Shown in pieces: positions 28,311 through 38,027 of a stretch of DNA of 64,000 nt. This DNA comes from an uncultured Phycisphaeraceae bacterium. GTDB taxonomy: Bacteria; Planctomycetota; Phycisphaerae; Phycisphaerales; Zrk34. The DNA lies in contig CALOAZ010000099.1 in assembly GCA_942491355.1 (NCBI GenBank), forward strand, positions 26,233 to 90,232. The letters are read 5' to 3'. Within the stretch, counting starts at the first letter, position 1, and each line of letters begins with the position of its first letter. A model generated the notes under the pieces. It was not told the origin of the DNA and did no database searches. It saw only the letters and a program-made list of their open reading frames with translations. The translations under genes and the position numbers were made by a program.

Positions 28311-28952
28311 ATGAATACCGATCTGTTGCAACAGCGCATCGCCCAATGGGAAAACATGACCCAGCAGGATCCGGAAAATGCCATGGGCTGGTTCAGCCTG
28401 GGCAATGCTTATCGCGAAGCCGATCGCGATGAGGAAGCCGGCCGATGCTTTCGCAAAGCCATCGAGCTCGACACCGGCCTTTCGCGCGCCTACCAGCTGC
28501 TGGGCCAGATTCTGGTCAAGTCGGGTGCAAACGATCAGGCGGCAGAAGTCATGACCAAGGGATACGTCATCGCCGCCGAACGGGGTGATGTTATGCCCAT
28601 GCGCGCGATGGGCTCGCTGCTCGAAAAAATCGGCAAACCGGTTCCTGAAACGAAACAGGCTGCCATCCCCGAACCCGAAGCCGGTGGCGATCAGATGATT
28701 TGTCGCCGCACCAATGAACCGGGACCGCGACTGACCAGCCCGCCGCTCAAGGGACCGATGGGCGAATTCATCGTGGCCCATTATTCAGCCACCACCTGGC
28801 GCCAGTGGATTGCCCAAGGCACCAAGGTGATCAACGAACTGCGCCTGGATTTTTCGAATCCGGAACATCGCGCGACTTACGACCTGCAGATGATGGAGTG
28901 GCTGGGTTTCACGCGCGAAGACGTCGAGGATTTTTCCGCGTCGCAGTCGTGA
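28311..28952 (+). CDS. TPR-like N-terminal domain fused to a YggX-like (Fe2+-trafficking / oxidative damage protection) domain
   Basis: The C-terminal 'MICRRTNEPGPRLTSPPLKGPMGEFIVAHYSATTWRQWIAQGTKVINELRLDFSNPEHRATYDLQMMEWLGF' aligns to E. coli YggX '[71 protein letters not shown]'. The N-terminus 'GWFSLGNAYREADRDEEAGRCFRKAIELD' is TPR-like. Confidence 0.7.
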   Translation: MNTDLLQQRIAQWENMTQQDPENAMGWFSLGNAYREADRDEEAGRCFRKAIELDTGLSRAYQLLGQILVKSGANDQAAEVMTKGYVIAAERGDVMPMRAMGSLLEKIGKPVPETKQAAIPEPEAGGDQMICRRTNEPGPRLTSPPLKGPMGEFIVAHYSATTWRQWIAQGTKVINELRLDFSNPEHRATYDLQMMEWLGFTREDVEDFSASQS

Positions 28953-29169
28953 GCCCGCGTCGATCAAGGGCGTCGGCACGATTGGATCAAAGCCCGAAAC
29001 CCGCGTGACACCGCCGCCTGAATCTTCGAACGCCTTTTTGTGTTATCGCTTGTGCCACAGGCAGTTGCTGTGTTTCTAGCGACCGAATATCAAGCCATAT
29101 GTCCAATCCGCGGGGCTTTCCCGGGATACGCTATTGTGGCGGGTTGTCCGGGCAGGGAGAGGGTGCGAC

Positions 29170-30846
29170 ATGAAAGGTCTGACCGTGCCGCTCTGGGTCG
29201 TGCTGCTGTTGCTCACTGGAGCACACGCCGCCACGCCGAATCCTGATTCTGCCGTCGCAGACAAAATTATCGACGATCTGTTCGGTGAACGTGTGCGCGT
29301 GGTGCGCGGCACGCGCGAGGCCGACGACGATCTCGCTCTCGCCGAAGAAATCCTTGAAGCCGCACGCAAAGCCACCGACCAACCGATGCTCGTTCGCCGG
29401 TTGTGCGCGATGGCCCACGATCTGAGCGTCACACAACGCGACGGCCTGACGATCGCGATCGCCGCACTGCGACTGAGTCTGGAATTCGGCGCCGACCCGG
29501 ACACCACTGCCGACACAATCCTGGATCTGCTTCGAAAACGCTTCACGGCATCGCGGGGTGAAGCCAAGACGGATGCAGGCGAAGACCTGCTGTCCGAACT
29601 GCTTGACCGAGCCGAGACGCTGCGATCGGCTGACAATCACGCCGCATCCATCGACGTCTACCAACGGGCTCGCGCTCTGGCTCGCTCCGCACAATCCGAT
29701 CGTCTCAATGATGTCGAAGCGGATCTCGCCGCCACGCAGGCCGAACAGCGTGGCCTGCAAACCATGGCCACGCTTATCGCTCAGCTCAAGCAAAATCCGG
29801 ATGATGCGGAAACCAGCGCCCGCCTCATTGATTTACTGGTGATTGAGATGGATGCGCCCGAACGCGCTCGACGGTATTCATTTCTTGCCGGCGATAACGA
29901 TCAATCCATGATCAAAATCGCCGCCAAAAATGAGGAAGACATCACACCCGAAGAATCGTTCGCACTCGGCCGCTGGTATCAGGATCTCACAAAGCGAGCC
30001 AAACCCGAATACCGTCCGGCCATGCTGCGCAGGACCGCCGACCACTTCGAACGCTATCTTGCCTCGGAGCCCCCCGAAGGACTCGAACGCACCGGTGTCG
30101 AACTCGCGTCAGCACAAGTCACGCGCGAACTCGAAACCCTTGCGGCGGCCACCGACGCTTCCACACGCGATGTCACCTACGGTCTGATCGCTCGCTGGGG
30201 TTTTGATAATTCCAAACGCCTCGGTCTCGACGACGGACGCAAGACACACGGCAAGCCCACAGGCCCCGGTGTGAAGTGGGCGAAAGATGCCCGGCGCGGC
30301 GGCGTGCTGGCCTTTGATGGAACGGGCGATCACCTGATCCTCCCGCATAATCCGCAAGCAGGACACCGCGCCGGAAGCTGGACATTCTGGGTGCGCACGC
30401 CGACCGCGCCTGCGACCGGCCAGGTTTACATCCAAGAACGAAGTGTCTGGATCGCACAGTCGGGCGGGGGTTACGGCATCGATCTCCACGACGGCGAGGG
30501 GTGGTTCGATACGCTGGGCGGCCAATCCCACGGTGCGATCATCGGCAAAGGCCAAATCGAACCCGAAACATGGAACCACATCGCCTTCACTTGGGATGGC
30601 CGCATCCTCCGCGGCTACCTCAATGGGCGCCAGGCTTTCGAGATCGCCACGATCAAGCCCAAGATACCCTCACAAAAACCGGTGCAAAAACTAGGCCCCG
30701 GCGGGGCGCCTCTGGCCATCGGATCTCGCGGCACCGCAGCCACGGCTTTCCGTGGCGAAATGGATGACCTGCGTCTCTACGCGCGGCCACTTTCCTCAAA
30801 AGAAATCATCAAGATCGTGAAAGCCACGGCACCGCGACGTCGTTGA
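29170..30846 (+). CDS. Secreted protein with a C-terminal LamG/concanavalin-A-like (Laminin_G_3) domain
   Basis: Signal 'MKGLTVPLWVVLLLLTGAHAA'. C-terminal 'WTFWVRT...WNHIAFTWDGRILRGYLNGRQ...FRGEMDDLRLYARPLSSKEI' is typical of LamG_3 domains. Confidence 0.7.
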   Translation: MKGLTVPLWVVLLLLTGAHAATPNPDSAVADKIIDDLFGERVRVVRGTREADDDLALAEEILEAARKATDQPMLVRRLCAMAHDLSVTQRDGLTIAIAALRLSLEFGADPDTTADTILDLLRKRFTASRGEAKTDAGEDLLSELLDRAETLRSADNHAASIDVYQRARALARSAQSDRLNDVEADLAATQAEQRGLQTMATLIAQLKQNPDDAETSARLIDLLVIEMDAPERARRYSFLAGDNDQSMIKIAAKNEEDITPEESFALGRWYQDLTKRAKPEYRPAMLRRTADHFERYLASEPPEGLERTGVELASAQVTRELETLAAATDASTRDVTYGLIARWGFDNSKRLGLDDGRKTHGKPTGPGVKWAKDARRGGVLAFDGTGDHLILPHNPQAGHRAGSWTFWVRTPTAPATGQVYIQERSVWIAQSGGGYGIDLHDGEGWFDTLGGQSHGAIIGKGQIEPETWNHIAFTWDGRILRGYLNGRQAFEIATIKPKIPSQKPVQKLGPGGAPLAIGSRGTAATAFRGEMDDLRLYARPLSSKEIIKIVKATAPRRR

Positions 30847-30852
30847 AATTCG

Positions 30853-31353
30853 TCATTTCTCGATCGGGTGTTCGAGCCACCACTTCATCGCTTCGCCGCG
30901 ACAGTCGATGTGCGCGTGGAAGAACGATCCGTGGAAGCGGCGCACCAGCGGATAAATCACATGCCGGTCGGTCTCGGGAATGTTCAGGTCCATGGCCTGA
31001 TCCCAGGCATGCCATTCCAGCGTGCCTTCTCTGAAACTCATGCGCTTGATTTCGACCGGGTGCGTGACTTCGTAGAGAAACAGCAGCCAGTGGTTTTCGC
31101 CCTGATAGGCGGTCTCCGACACCATGCCCGTCAGATGAATCTCCGAAAGATCCAGTTTCAATTCGACTTCTTCGTGAATCTCCCGCAGCGCGCAGGCCGC
31201 CGGTGATTCACCTTCGTGCATGTGCAGCTTGCCACCGATGGGCGAATACAGCCCCTTGTTCGGATGTTGCGATCGGTGGAGCAAAAGCAGACGTCCTTGC
31301 GCGTCATACAGATAACACAGCACACCGATCTTGTAAGGCAGGGCGTCTTGCAT
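30853..31353 (-). CDS. NUDIX hydrolase
   Basis: Nudix box 'GGKLHMHEGESPAACALREIHEEVEL' (with a 2-residue insertion relative to the strict consensus). Confidence 0.8.
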   Translation of the reverse strand: MQDALPYKIGVLCYLYDAQGRLLLLHRSQHPNKGLYSPIGGKLHMHEGESPAACALREIHEEVELKLDLSEIHLTGMVSETAYQGENHWLLFLYEVTHPVEIKRMSFREGTLEWHAWDQAMDLNIPETDRHVIYPLVRRFHGSFFHAHIDCRGEAMKWWLEHPIEK

Positions 31354-33154
31354 GTCGGAGGTATCATACGGGCCCCTGACGGAGTCACCAACCGTGCATC
31401 AGCATCTCACCAGCTTTCTGATTTTGTGTCTGCTCACTTCTTTTGCTTACGGCCAATCCGCCAATGAGCGTCTGCATGCTTTATTCGATCGCGCCTGGGA
31501 TCGCACGATGCGCGAAAGCCCGACGTGGGCTTCATCGCTCGGCGATCATCGCTTCGATGATCAATGGCCGGATCTTTCCGACGCCGCGCACGCGGCTTCA
31601 CTGGCTGCGGACCAGGCGCTGCTCAAGGCATTGGAGGAGGTCCCACGTGCGGAATTGAGTGATGCGGATCAGCTTCACCGTGATCTGTTCGAACTGAATC
31701 TGACACGCTCGATCGAAGGCTCGACCTACCCCGGCCGATTGTTGCCCATCACGCACATGGGCGGCATTCAGACCGCCTTCGAAACCGGCCAGCGTATTCG
31801 CTTCGAGCAGGAAGCCGACTACGAAAACTGGATCCGACGACTGAAGTCTTTCGGGGTCTACATGGATCAGACTCTCGCGCTGCTCCGAAAAGGCGTCGAC
31901 GCGAAAGTGGTTCACCCAAAGATCGTGATCGAACGAGCGCTGTCGCAAGTCCAGAAACAGATCGTGGACGACCCGAAGCAAAGTCCGTTTCTGTCGCCTT
32001 TCAGAAAATGGCCGAATCACATTTCCGAGGCGCGTCGAATCGAACTGGCGCAGCAAGCCGAAGCCGTCGTCGCGCAAACCGTCGTGCCGGCTTTCAAGCG
32101 GCTGAAAGAGTTGCTTGAAAAAACGGTACTTCCCGCAGCGCCGGAAGATCCGGGATTATGGCAATACGCACAGGGCGCCGCGTGGTATGCGCATCGCGCC
32201 GCTGCTTCGACCACCACCACGCTGAGTCCGGATGCAATCCATCAGATCGGCCTCGATGAAGTGACGCGCCTCCGCGCCGAGATGCAGGCCATCATGCGCA
32301 AACTGAAATTCGAAGGCGGCTATCGGGCTTTCCTCGATCATCTGAAGCAGGATCCGGCGCGTCATTTCGATTCTGCCGAAACCCTGTTGCGTGACTATCG
32401 CGCCCTGGGCAAGCGCGTCGACCCGCTGATGACGCGTCTTTTCGGCGTGTTGCCGCGGGCGCCGTACGGTATCGAACCCATTCCGGCGCAGACCGCGCCC
32501 GATGCGCCTGCGGCGTACTACCTGCAGCCGGCACCTGACGGTACACGACCCGGCACGTTTTTCGTCAACACACATGCGCCGCAAACACGACCGCGCTTCA
32601 CCGCAACCGCGCTGCTGCTGCACGAAGCCGTGCCCGGCCACCATTTACAGATCGCGCTGACGCAGGAACTCGATGAACTGCCGCGATTTCGTCGACACGG
32701 CGGCTACACCGCTTACATCGAAGGGTGGGGCCTCTACAGCGAATGGCTCGGTGTGGAGTTGGGGCTGTATGAAAACCCGTATGACGATTTCGGCCGACTG
32801 ACCTTTGAACTGTGGCGCGCGGTGCGCCTCGTGGTCGACACCGGCATCCATCACAAACACTGGACGCGCCAACAGAGCATCGATTTCATGCTTTCACTGC
32901 TGGCACAGTCCGAAGACGAAATCGCCAATGAAGTGGATCGCTATTCGGTCTGGCCCGGCCAGGCCCTCGCGTACAAAATCGGTCAGCTCAAACTGCTGGA
33001 ACTGCGCCGACAGGCCGAGAAAAAACTGGGCAAGCACTTCGACGTGCGCCGGTTTCACGACAAGGTACTCGAAGCCGGCCCCTTGCCGCTGAACCTGCTC
33101 GAACAGCGCGTTCATACCTGGGTGAACGAGCAGCAGGCCCGCAGCCAACCATGA
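31352..33154 (+). CDS. DUF885-family protein (secreted)
   Basis: 'HEAVPGHHLQ' signature, 'YIEGWGLYSE' and 'DTGIHHKHWTRQQSIDFM'. The true start may be the GTG at 31394, just before the hydrophobic leader 'LTSFLILCLLTSFAYGQ'. Confidence 0.8.
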   Translation: MSEVSYGPLTESPTVHQHLTSFLILCLLTSFAYGQSANERLHALFDRAWDRTMRESPTWASSLGDHRFDDQWPDLSDAAHAASLAADQALLKALEEVPRAELSDADQLHRDLFELNLTRSIEGSTYPGRLLPITHMGGIQTAFETGQRIRFEQEADYENWIRRLKSFGVYMDQTLALLRKGVDAKVVHPKIVIERALSQVQKQIVDDPKQSPFLSPFRKWPNHISEARRIELAQQAEAVVAQTVVPAFKRLKELLEKTVLPAAPEDPGLWQYAQGAAWYAHRAAASTTTTLSPDAIHQIGLDEVTRLRAEMQAIMRKLKFEGGYRAFLDHLKQDPARHFDSAETLLRDYRALGKRVDPLMTRLFGVLPRAPYGIEPIPAQTAPDAPAAYYLQPAPDGTRPGTFFVNTHAPQTRPRFTATALLLHEAVPGHHLQIALTQELDELPRFRRHGGYTAYIEGWGLYSEWLGVELGLYENPYDDFGRLTFELWRAVRLVVDTGIHHKHWTRQQSIDFMLSLLAQSEDEIANEVDRYSVWPGQALAYKIGQLKLLELRRQAEKKLGKHFDVRRFHDKVLEAGPLPLNLLEQRVHTWVNEQQARSQP

Positions 33155-33157
33155 CCC

Positions 33158-33289
33158 TCACGCGTTATCGTCGTCGCCCTTGTTGGCTGCAGCGATCGCC
33201 CAACCGATGACGATCAGCAGACCCGGGAAAATAATCGGGATCAGCAACGGAAATACGATTGGAATAATCAGACTTAACGTGGGCATCAT
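33158..33289 (-). CDS. 43-aa hydrophobic Pro/Ile-rich peptide (hypothetical)
   Basis: 'MMPTLSLIIPIVFPLLIPIIFPGLLIVIGWAIAAANKGDDDNA'. GGAGAGAGA RBS 1 nt upstream of the first of two adjacent ATGs (33289, 33286). Confidence 0.4.
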   Translation of the reverse strand: MMPTLSLIIPIVFPLLIPIIFPGLLIVIGWAIAAANKGDDDNA

Positions 33290-33299
33290 GTCTCTCTCC

Positions 33300-33336
33300 A
33301 AAAACAAACGGCCCGCCATGCACAGGCGAGCCGTTT
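33300..33336 (-). terminator. Rho-independent terminator directly after atpA
   Basis: On the minus strand: AAACGGCTCGCC-TGTGCAT-GGCGGGCCGTTT (12-bp stem, one mismatch) followed by GTTTTT. Confidence 0.75.
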
Positions 33337-33363
33337 GAATCATTCATCGTAAAAACCGGCTCA

Positions 33364-34905
33364 TCAGGCCGGCGCCTTCCAGCCGGCCTTGAAGGCCTCG
33401 ATGGCCTTCGTGAGCTTGGCGGTCAGTTCATCATTGAGCGCCTTCTTCGCAACCAGTTCGTCGCGCACATCCTTGGCTGCCGAACGGAAGTGTTCGAGCA
33501 GGCCTTTCTCGAAGGCATCGACGTGACGTGTGTTCACATCGTCGAGGAATCCTTTGGTGCCGGCGTAAATCGAGATCACTTCGTCGATCACATCCATCGG
33601 CACGTACTGCGGCTGCTTGAGCAATTCGACCATGCGGGCACCGCGATCGAGCTGGCGCTGCGTGGCTTTGTCGAGTTCGGTACCGAGCTGGGCGAACGCT
33701 TCGAGTTCGCGATAAGCCGCGAGATCGAGTCGCAGTGAACCGGCGATCTGCTTCATCGCTTTGATCTGAGCATTGCCACCCACGCGGCTCACTGAAATAC
33801 CGACGTTCACCGCCGGACGCACACCCGCGAAGAACAGTTCGGGTTCGAGATAAATCTGACCATCGGTGATCGAGATCACGTTGGTTGGAATGTAGGCCGA
33901 CACGTCGCCTTCCTGCGTTTCGATGACCGGCAGGGCGGTCAGCGAACCGCCGCCCAGTTCATCCGACAACTTGGTGGCGCGTTCGAGCAGACGCGAGTGC
34001 AGATAGAACACGTCGCCGGGATACGCTTCGCGACCCGGCGGGCGACGCAACAACAGCGAGAGCTGACGGTAAGCCACCGCCTGCTTGGAAAGATCGTCAT
34101 ACACGCACAACACGTGCTTGCCCTTCCACATGAAATACTCGCCCATGGCGCAGCCGCCGTAAGGACCGATGTACTGCATGGGGGCCGGATCAGCGGCTGA
34201 TGCGTTGACCACGATGGTGTAATCCATCGCGCCCTGTTCGCGCAGCTTGTCGACCACGGCCGCGACGGTGGATTCTTTCTGACCGACCGCCACGTAGATG
34301 CAGTAGACCGGTTGATCGGTCTGATGCGTGCCCTTTTGATTGATGATCGCGTCGATCGCCACGGCGGTCTTGCCGGTCTTGCGATCGCCGATGATCAGTT
34401 CGCGCTGACCGCGACCGATCGGAATCATCGCATCAATGGCCTTGATGCCGGTCTGCAGCGGCTGGGTCACCGGCTGACGATCGGCGATGCCCGGCGCAAT
34501 GATGTCGAGCATGCGGCGTTCGGTGGTTTCGATCGGGCCCTTGCCGTCGATCGGTTCACCCAGCGGGTTCACCACGCGGCCGAGCAGAGCTTCACCCACC
34601 GGCACTGACAGCAGACGACCGGTCGTCTTGACCGTGGATCCTTCGGTGACTTTCAGGTAATCGCCAAAAAGCACCGCGCCGACACTGTCTTCTTCGAGGT
34701 TGAAGACCTGGCCGATGATCGAGCCGCCATCAGAGGTTTCAAACTCAAGCATTTCGCCGGCGCGGGCGCCGGTCAGACCGTACACGCGGGCGATACCGTC
34801 GCCGATCTCGAGCACGCGGCCGACTTCGGAGACTTCCAGCTCGCTCTCGTACTGAGCGATCTCCTGCTTGATGACACTGGTGATTTCGTCGGTATTGATT
34901 TTCAT
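33364..34905 (-). CDS. atpA: F1 ATP synthase subunit alpha
   Basis: Walker A '[13 protein letters not shown]', '[12 protein letters not shown]', '[40 protein letters not shown]'. Confidence 0.97.
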   Translation of the reverse strand: MKINTDEITSVIKQEIAQYESELEVSEVGRVLEIGDGIARVYGLTGARAGEMLEFETSDGGSIIGQVFNLEEDSVGAVLFGDYLKVTEGSTVKTTGRLLSVPVGEALLGRVVNPLGEPIDGKGPIETTERRMLDIIAPGIADRQPVTQPLQTGIKAIDAMIPIGRGQRELIIGDRKTGKTAVAIDAIINQKGTHQTDQPVYCIYVAVGQKESTVAAVVDKLREQGAMDYTIVVNASAADPAPMQYIGPYGGCAMGEYFMWKGKHVLCVYDDLSKQAVAYRQLSLLLRRPPGREAYPGDVFYLHSRLLERATKLSDELGGGSLTALPVIETQEGDVSAYIPTNVISITDGQIYLEPELFFAGVRPAVNVGISVSRVGGNAQIKAMKQIAGSLRLDLAAYRELEAFAQLGTELDKATQRQLDRGARMVELLKQPQYVPMDVIDEVISIYAGTKGFLDDVNTRHVDAFEKGLLEHFRSAAKDVRDELVAKKALNDELTAKLTKAIEAFKAGWKAPA

Positions 34906-34935
34906 AGTCGAAAAGTCCTTCTGGTTCTCCGCCCC

Positions 34936-35520
34936 TCAGGATGCATCGGCGGTGCGTGCCGCTTCGCGGCCGCGCTCGGCTAGCTGTCGGCCCATGCGGC
35001 GCAGACGCGCCGCCACCGAAGCATCAATCAATCGGTCACCCACACGCAGCGTCATGCCGCCAATCAGCGCTGCTTCGGTTCGTGTCTGCAAGACGGCCTT
35101 GCGTCCCAGCGCGGCCGAGACGCGCTCGGTCACGGTCGCGAGTTGCGCGGCATCGAGCTCTTGTGCGGTGGTCAGCACGACATCCACTTCGCCGCGAGCC
35201 GCTTTGGCCAGACTGTCGTAGGCTTGGCGAATCGCCGACAAGTGTTCCAAACGACCTTTGTCGTTGAGCACGCGCAGAAAGCGATGCGTCAGGCCGCTGA
35301 CACGCCCCTTGAAAATGCGATCGAGACTCTGAGCGCGGCGTTCCGCCGCAATCGTCCGATGCGCCAGCATCGCGCTGAACTTCGGATCGGTCTCGATCAG
35401 GTCGACCAATCCGGAAAGCTCTTGGGCAATCGCATCGGTCTGACCGGCTTCCTGCGCCAGTTCGAACAACGAACGGGCGTAGGTCTGAGCCAGAGCATCG
35501 GTGCCATTGTCTTGAGCCAT
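34936..35520 (-). CDS. atpH: F1 ATP synthase subunit delta (OSCP)
   Basis: Position between atpF and atpA. 'YARSLFELAQEAG' N-terminus and 'LIGGMTLRVGDRLIDASV' C-terminus are typical of delta. Confidence 0.85.
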   Translation of the reverse strand: MAQDNGTDALAQTYARSLFELAQEAGQTDAIAQELSGLVDLIETDPKFSAMLAHRTIAAERRAQSLDRIFKGRVSGLTHRFLRVLNDKGRLEHLSAIRQAYDSLAKAARGEVDVVLTTAQELDAAQLATVTERVSAALGRKAVLQTRTEAALIGGMTLRVGDRLIDASVAARLRRMGRQLAERGREAARTADAS

Positions 35521-35535
35521 TGTTGATCACCGGCC

Positions 35536-36123
35536 TCAGCCGGCGTCCTCCAGTTTGCCCAACTCACCCAGTGACTGCTCGACCAGACGCTGCGTATCCG
35601 CCGCGTTGATCTCACGACTCAGAATCTTGCCGGCCACCGCCACCGCCAGTTCGCCAGCATGAGCGTAAAGCTCCTGCACGGCGGCCTGCTTGGCGTTGTG
35701 GATTTCCTGCGTGGCCCGATCGCGTTGTTTGGCGATGTCGACTTCGGCCTCGCCTTCGAGTCGCTTGCGGAACGCATCGGCATCCGACCGGGCCTTGTCG
35801 ACAAGCGTGCGGGCTTCGGCATGAGCGTCGGCGAGCTTCTTCTCGTATTCGGCCAGTGTCGTTTGCGCTGTGGTGTTGGCGGCGTGAGCCTGTTCGATAT
35901 CGCTCTTGATCTTGGCTTCACGATCCTGCAACCCTTTGAGGATTGGGCCCCAGGCCATCTTTTTCAAAATGACCAGCAGCAGGAGAAAGCACGTGATCGC
36001 GGCAATGGCCTGATACAGCGTGCCATTGAAGAGATTGGGCTCATCGCCGGCTGCCCGCACGACAGCAGGCGCAGCCGCAAGGATCAGCGCAGCGGAAAGA
36101 ACATGGCGCGTGGTACCACGCAT
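35536..36123 (-). CDS. atpF: Fo ATP synthase subunit b with an N-terminal signal-like extension
   Basis: TM 'IAAITCFLLLLVILKKMAWGPILKGLQDREAKI' followed by a long charged helix. Preceded by 'MRGTTRHVLSAALILAAAPAVVRAAG'. Confidence 0.85.
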   Translation of the reverse strand: MRGTTRHVLSAALILAAAPAVVRAAGDEPNLFNGTLYQAIAAITCFLLLLVILKKMAWGPILKGLQDREAKIKSDIEQAHAANTTAQTTLAEYEKKLADAHAEARTLVDKARSDADAFRKRLEGEAEVDIAKQRDRATQEIHNAKQAAVQELYAHAGELAVAVAGKILSREINAADTQRLVEQSLGELGKLEDAG

Positions 36124-36172
36124 GAGATCGCCTCCTGTTCGGAGGCCTCGCCCGTCAGTGACGGGCGCGGCA

Positions 36173-36523
36173 TCACTTCAGAACAACAAGCAGAGCCACG
36201 ACGACGGCGAAGAGGGTTGCACCCTCGATCAGAGCCGCCGAGATGATCATCGTCTGGAAGATCTGACCACCGGCTTCGGGCTGACGGGCCACGGCTTCAA
36301 CCGCGCCGCCACCGATCTTGCCGATGCCCAGACCACCACCGATCAGAGCCAGGCCGGCACCGATCGCCGCGAGGCCATAGCCCCAGGGCATATCCGGCGC
36401 CTGAGCGATTTGAATCGCCTCAGCATGCGCTTCGGCTTCATCACCTGCGGCCTGAGCCTGAACGCTGGTGGTGAAGCCGAGCATCGCAAGGACCACCAAT
36501 GCAAAAAGAGCAGAACGGATCAT
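36173..36523 (-). CDS. atpE: Fo ATP synthase subunit c with an N-terminal signal-peptide-like extension of about 40 aa
   Basis: Core 'GLAAIGAGLALIGGGLGIGKIGGGAVEAVARQPEAGGQIFQTMIISAALIEGATLFAVVVALLV' (GxGxGxG helix 1, RQPE loop, carboxylate E in helix 2). Preceded by 'MIRSALFALVVLAMLGFTTSVQAQAAGDEAEAHAEAIQ'. GGAG RBS before the ATG at 36523. Confidence 0.9.
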   Translation of the reverse strand: MIRSALFALVVLAMLGFTTSVQAQAAGDEAEAHAEAIQIAQAPDMPWGYGLAAIGAGLALIGGGLGIGKIGGGAVEAVARQPEAGGQIFQTMIISAALIEGATLFAVVVALLVVLK

Positions 36524-36662
36524 GGGAAGACTCCTGACTTTTCCAGTGTCACGATGAGGTCGTGACTTGCCGAGGGCCGCCGAACCTGGCGACCCGAATG
36601 TCTGTCTCAAAGTCGCGATCGCCTCATTCCGATCGCGAACTCACTTCAAATTTTTCGACGCG

Positions 36663-37535
36663 TCAATGTGCCGCGCCGTGTGCTTCATCGTGATCGTGGT
36701 CACCATGCACAATGAGCTGACCCAGGAACATCCCGGTCAGGAACGTGAAGATGAACGCCTGAATAAAAGCCACGAGCACTTCGAGCATGTAAATCGCTGT
36801 CGCACCGGCGATCGGAATCAGCGCCAGGCCGTAACCGGCCGGCCCCAGAGCTTTGATCAGTGACGGCACGAAACTGAAAAGCACAGCCAGCATGATGTGG
36901 CCACCGCTCATGTTCGCAAACAAACGCAGGGCAAGCGCCACGGGCTTGACGAACACACCCGCAAACTCGACTGGAATAATGATGGGCCACATGTACCACG
37001 GCGCGCCGCCGGTCATGTGCTTGAAGTAGCCGACCGGATCCTTCGCCAGCGCTACGCCATTGATCAGCAGAAAGGCGAGAAAGGCCAGAGCGCCGGTCAC
37101 CCAGATCGACTGGGTGGCGGTGCCGCCGAAACCGTGATGGTGGTTCAGGCCGAAGATGCCGCCGGTCAGATCGCCAAAAGGCATCAGACCCAGCACATTG
37201 CAGACCAGAATGAACCAGAAAAAGGTCCAGAGAATCGGGATATAGCGATCGGTTTCGTGGCGGAGAATCGGGCGAAACACTTCTTCGCGCAGATACAGGC
37301 AAACCACCTCGACAAAATTCGCCATCGCGCCTTGGGCACGAAAATCATCAAGTGTGCGGGCTTCGCCAGTGGCGATTTTTTTGGCGGCGGGAATCACAAT
37401 CAGCATCGTCACGATTGAGGCGACGATCAGCATCAACGTGACGTTCGAAAACATCATCTGATGGTTGATCGCATGATCGGTGATGTGATCCACCGGATTG
37501 GACGCTGCCAGAATGGAAGCCACCGCCGTCATCAT
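36663..37535 (-). CDS. atpB: Fo ATP synthase subunit a
   Basis: 'LALRLFANMSGGH' (conserved Arg helix) and 'AFIQAFIFTFLT'. Operon position. Confidence 0.92.
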   Translation of the reverse strand: MMTAVASILAASNPVDHITDHAINHQMMFSNVTLMLIVASIVTMLIVIPAAKKIATGEARTLDDFRAQGAMANFVEVVCLYLREEVFRPILRHETDRYIPILWTFFWFILVCNVLGLMPFGDLTGGIFGLNHHHGFGGTATQSIWVTGALAFLAFLLINGVALAKDPVGYFKHMTGGAPWYMWPIIIPVEFAGVFVKPVALALRLFANMSGGHIMLAVLFSFVPSLIKALGPAGYGLALIPIAGATAIYMLEVLVAFIQAFIFTFLTGMFLGQLIVHGDHDHDEAHGAAH

Positions 37536-37963
37536 GACGAAGCAATCTCCGGCGCGATCGGTCCGATGCCGCGCCCTGCATAACGATTCAAAAACAGAAT
37601 CTCGACCGCCATCGTCGGTAGATACACCGCCACAACGGTCATCAATACCATCACCGCATCGAAGGCCAACAGCGCGAGTGAAACCGCGGCGACCACCATG
37701 CCGAACATGCGAAAAGCCATCGCCGCCATCGCCGCCGTCGGCAGACTGCGTGGATCATCGCGCGTCATCCACCAGAACACGCCCAAACTTGCCAGCGCGA
37801 TCAGCCACACCAGAAGTGCGGTCACCGCCACAGGCAACAATGCGTCTTCACCGCGAAATTCAAAAACACCTGCCGTCAGGGCCGCAGCCATACCCGCGGT
37901 CAACGTCATCCAGACGGCGGCCGTGGTGGGGTTGGGCACAGATTGGAGCATGTCGTGATTCAT
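37532..37963 (-). CDS. atpI: ATP synthase protein I-like small membrane protein
   Basis: A 4-TM hydrophobic protein immediately upstream of atpB with an ATGA overlap. Assignment rests on position and topology only. Confidence 0.55.
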   Translation of the reverse strand: MNHDMLQSVPNPTTAAVWMTLTAGMAAALTAGVFEFRGEDALLPVAVTALLVWLIALASLGVFWWMTRDDPRSLPTAAMAAMAFRMFGMVVAAVSLALLAFDAVMVLMTVVAVYLPTMAVEILFLNRYAGRGIGPIAPEIASS

Positions 37964-38027
37964 CGAACTAAAGGCTTTTCGGGTAACGCAGGTCAGAAGA
38001 CTAAGACCTTGTGATTTCTTTCACAAC

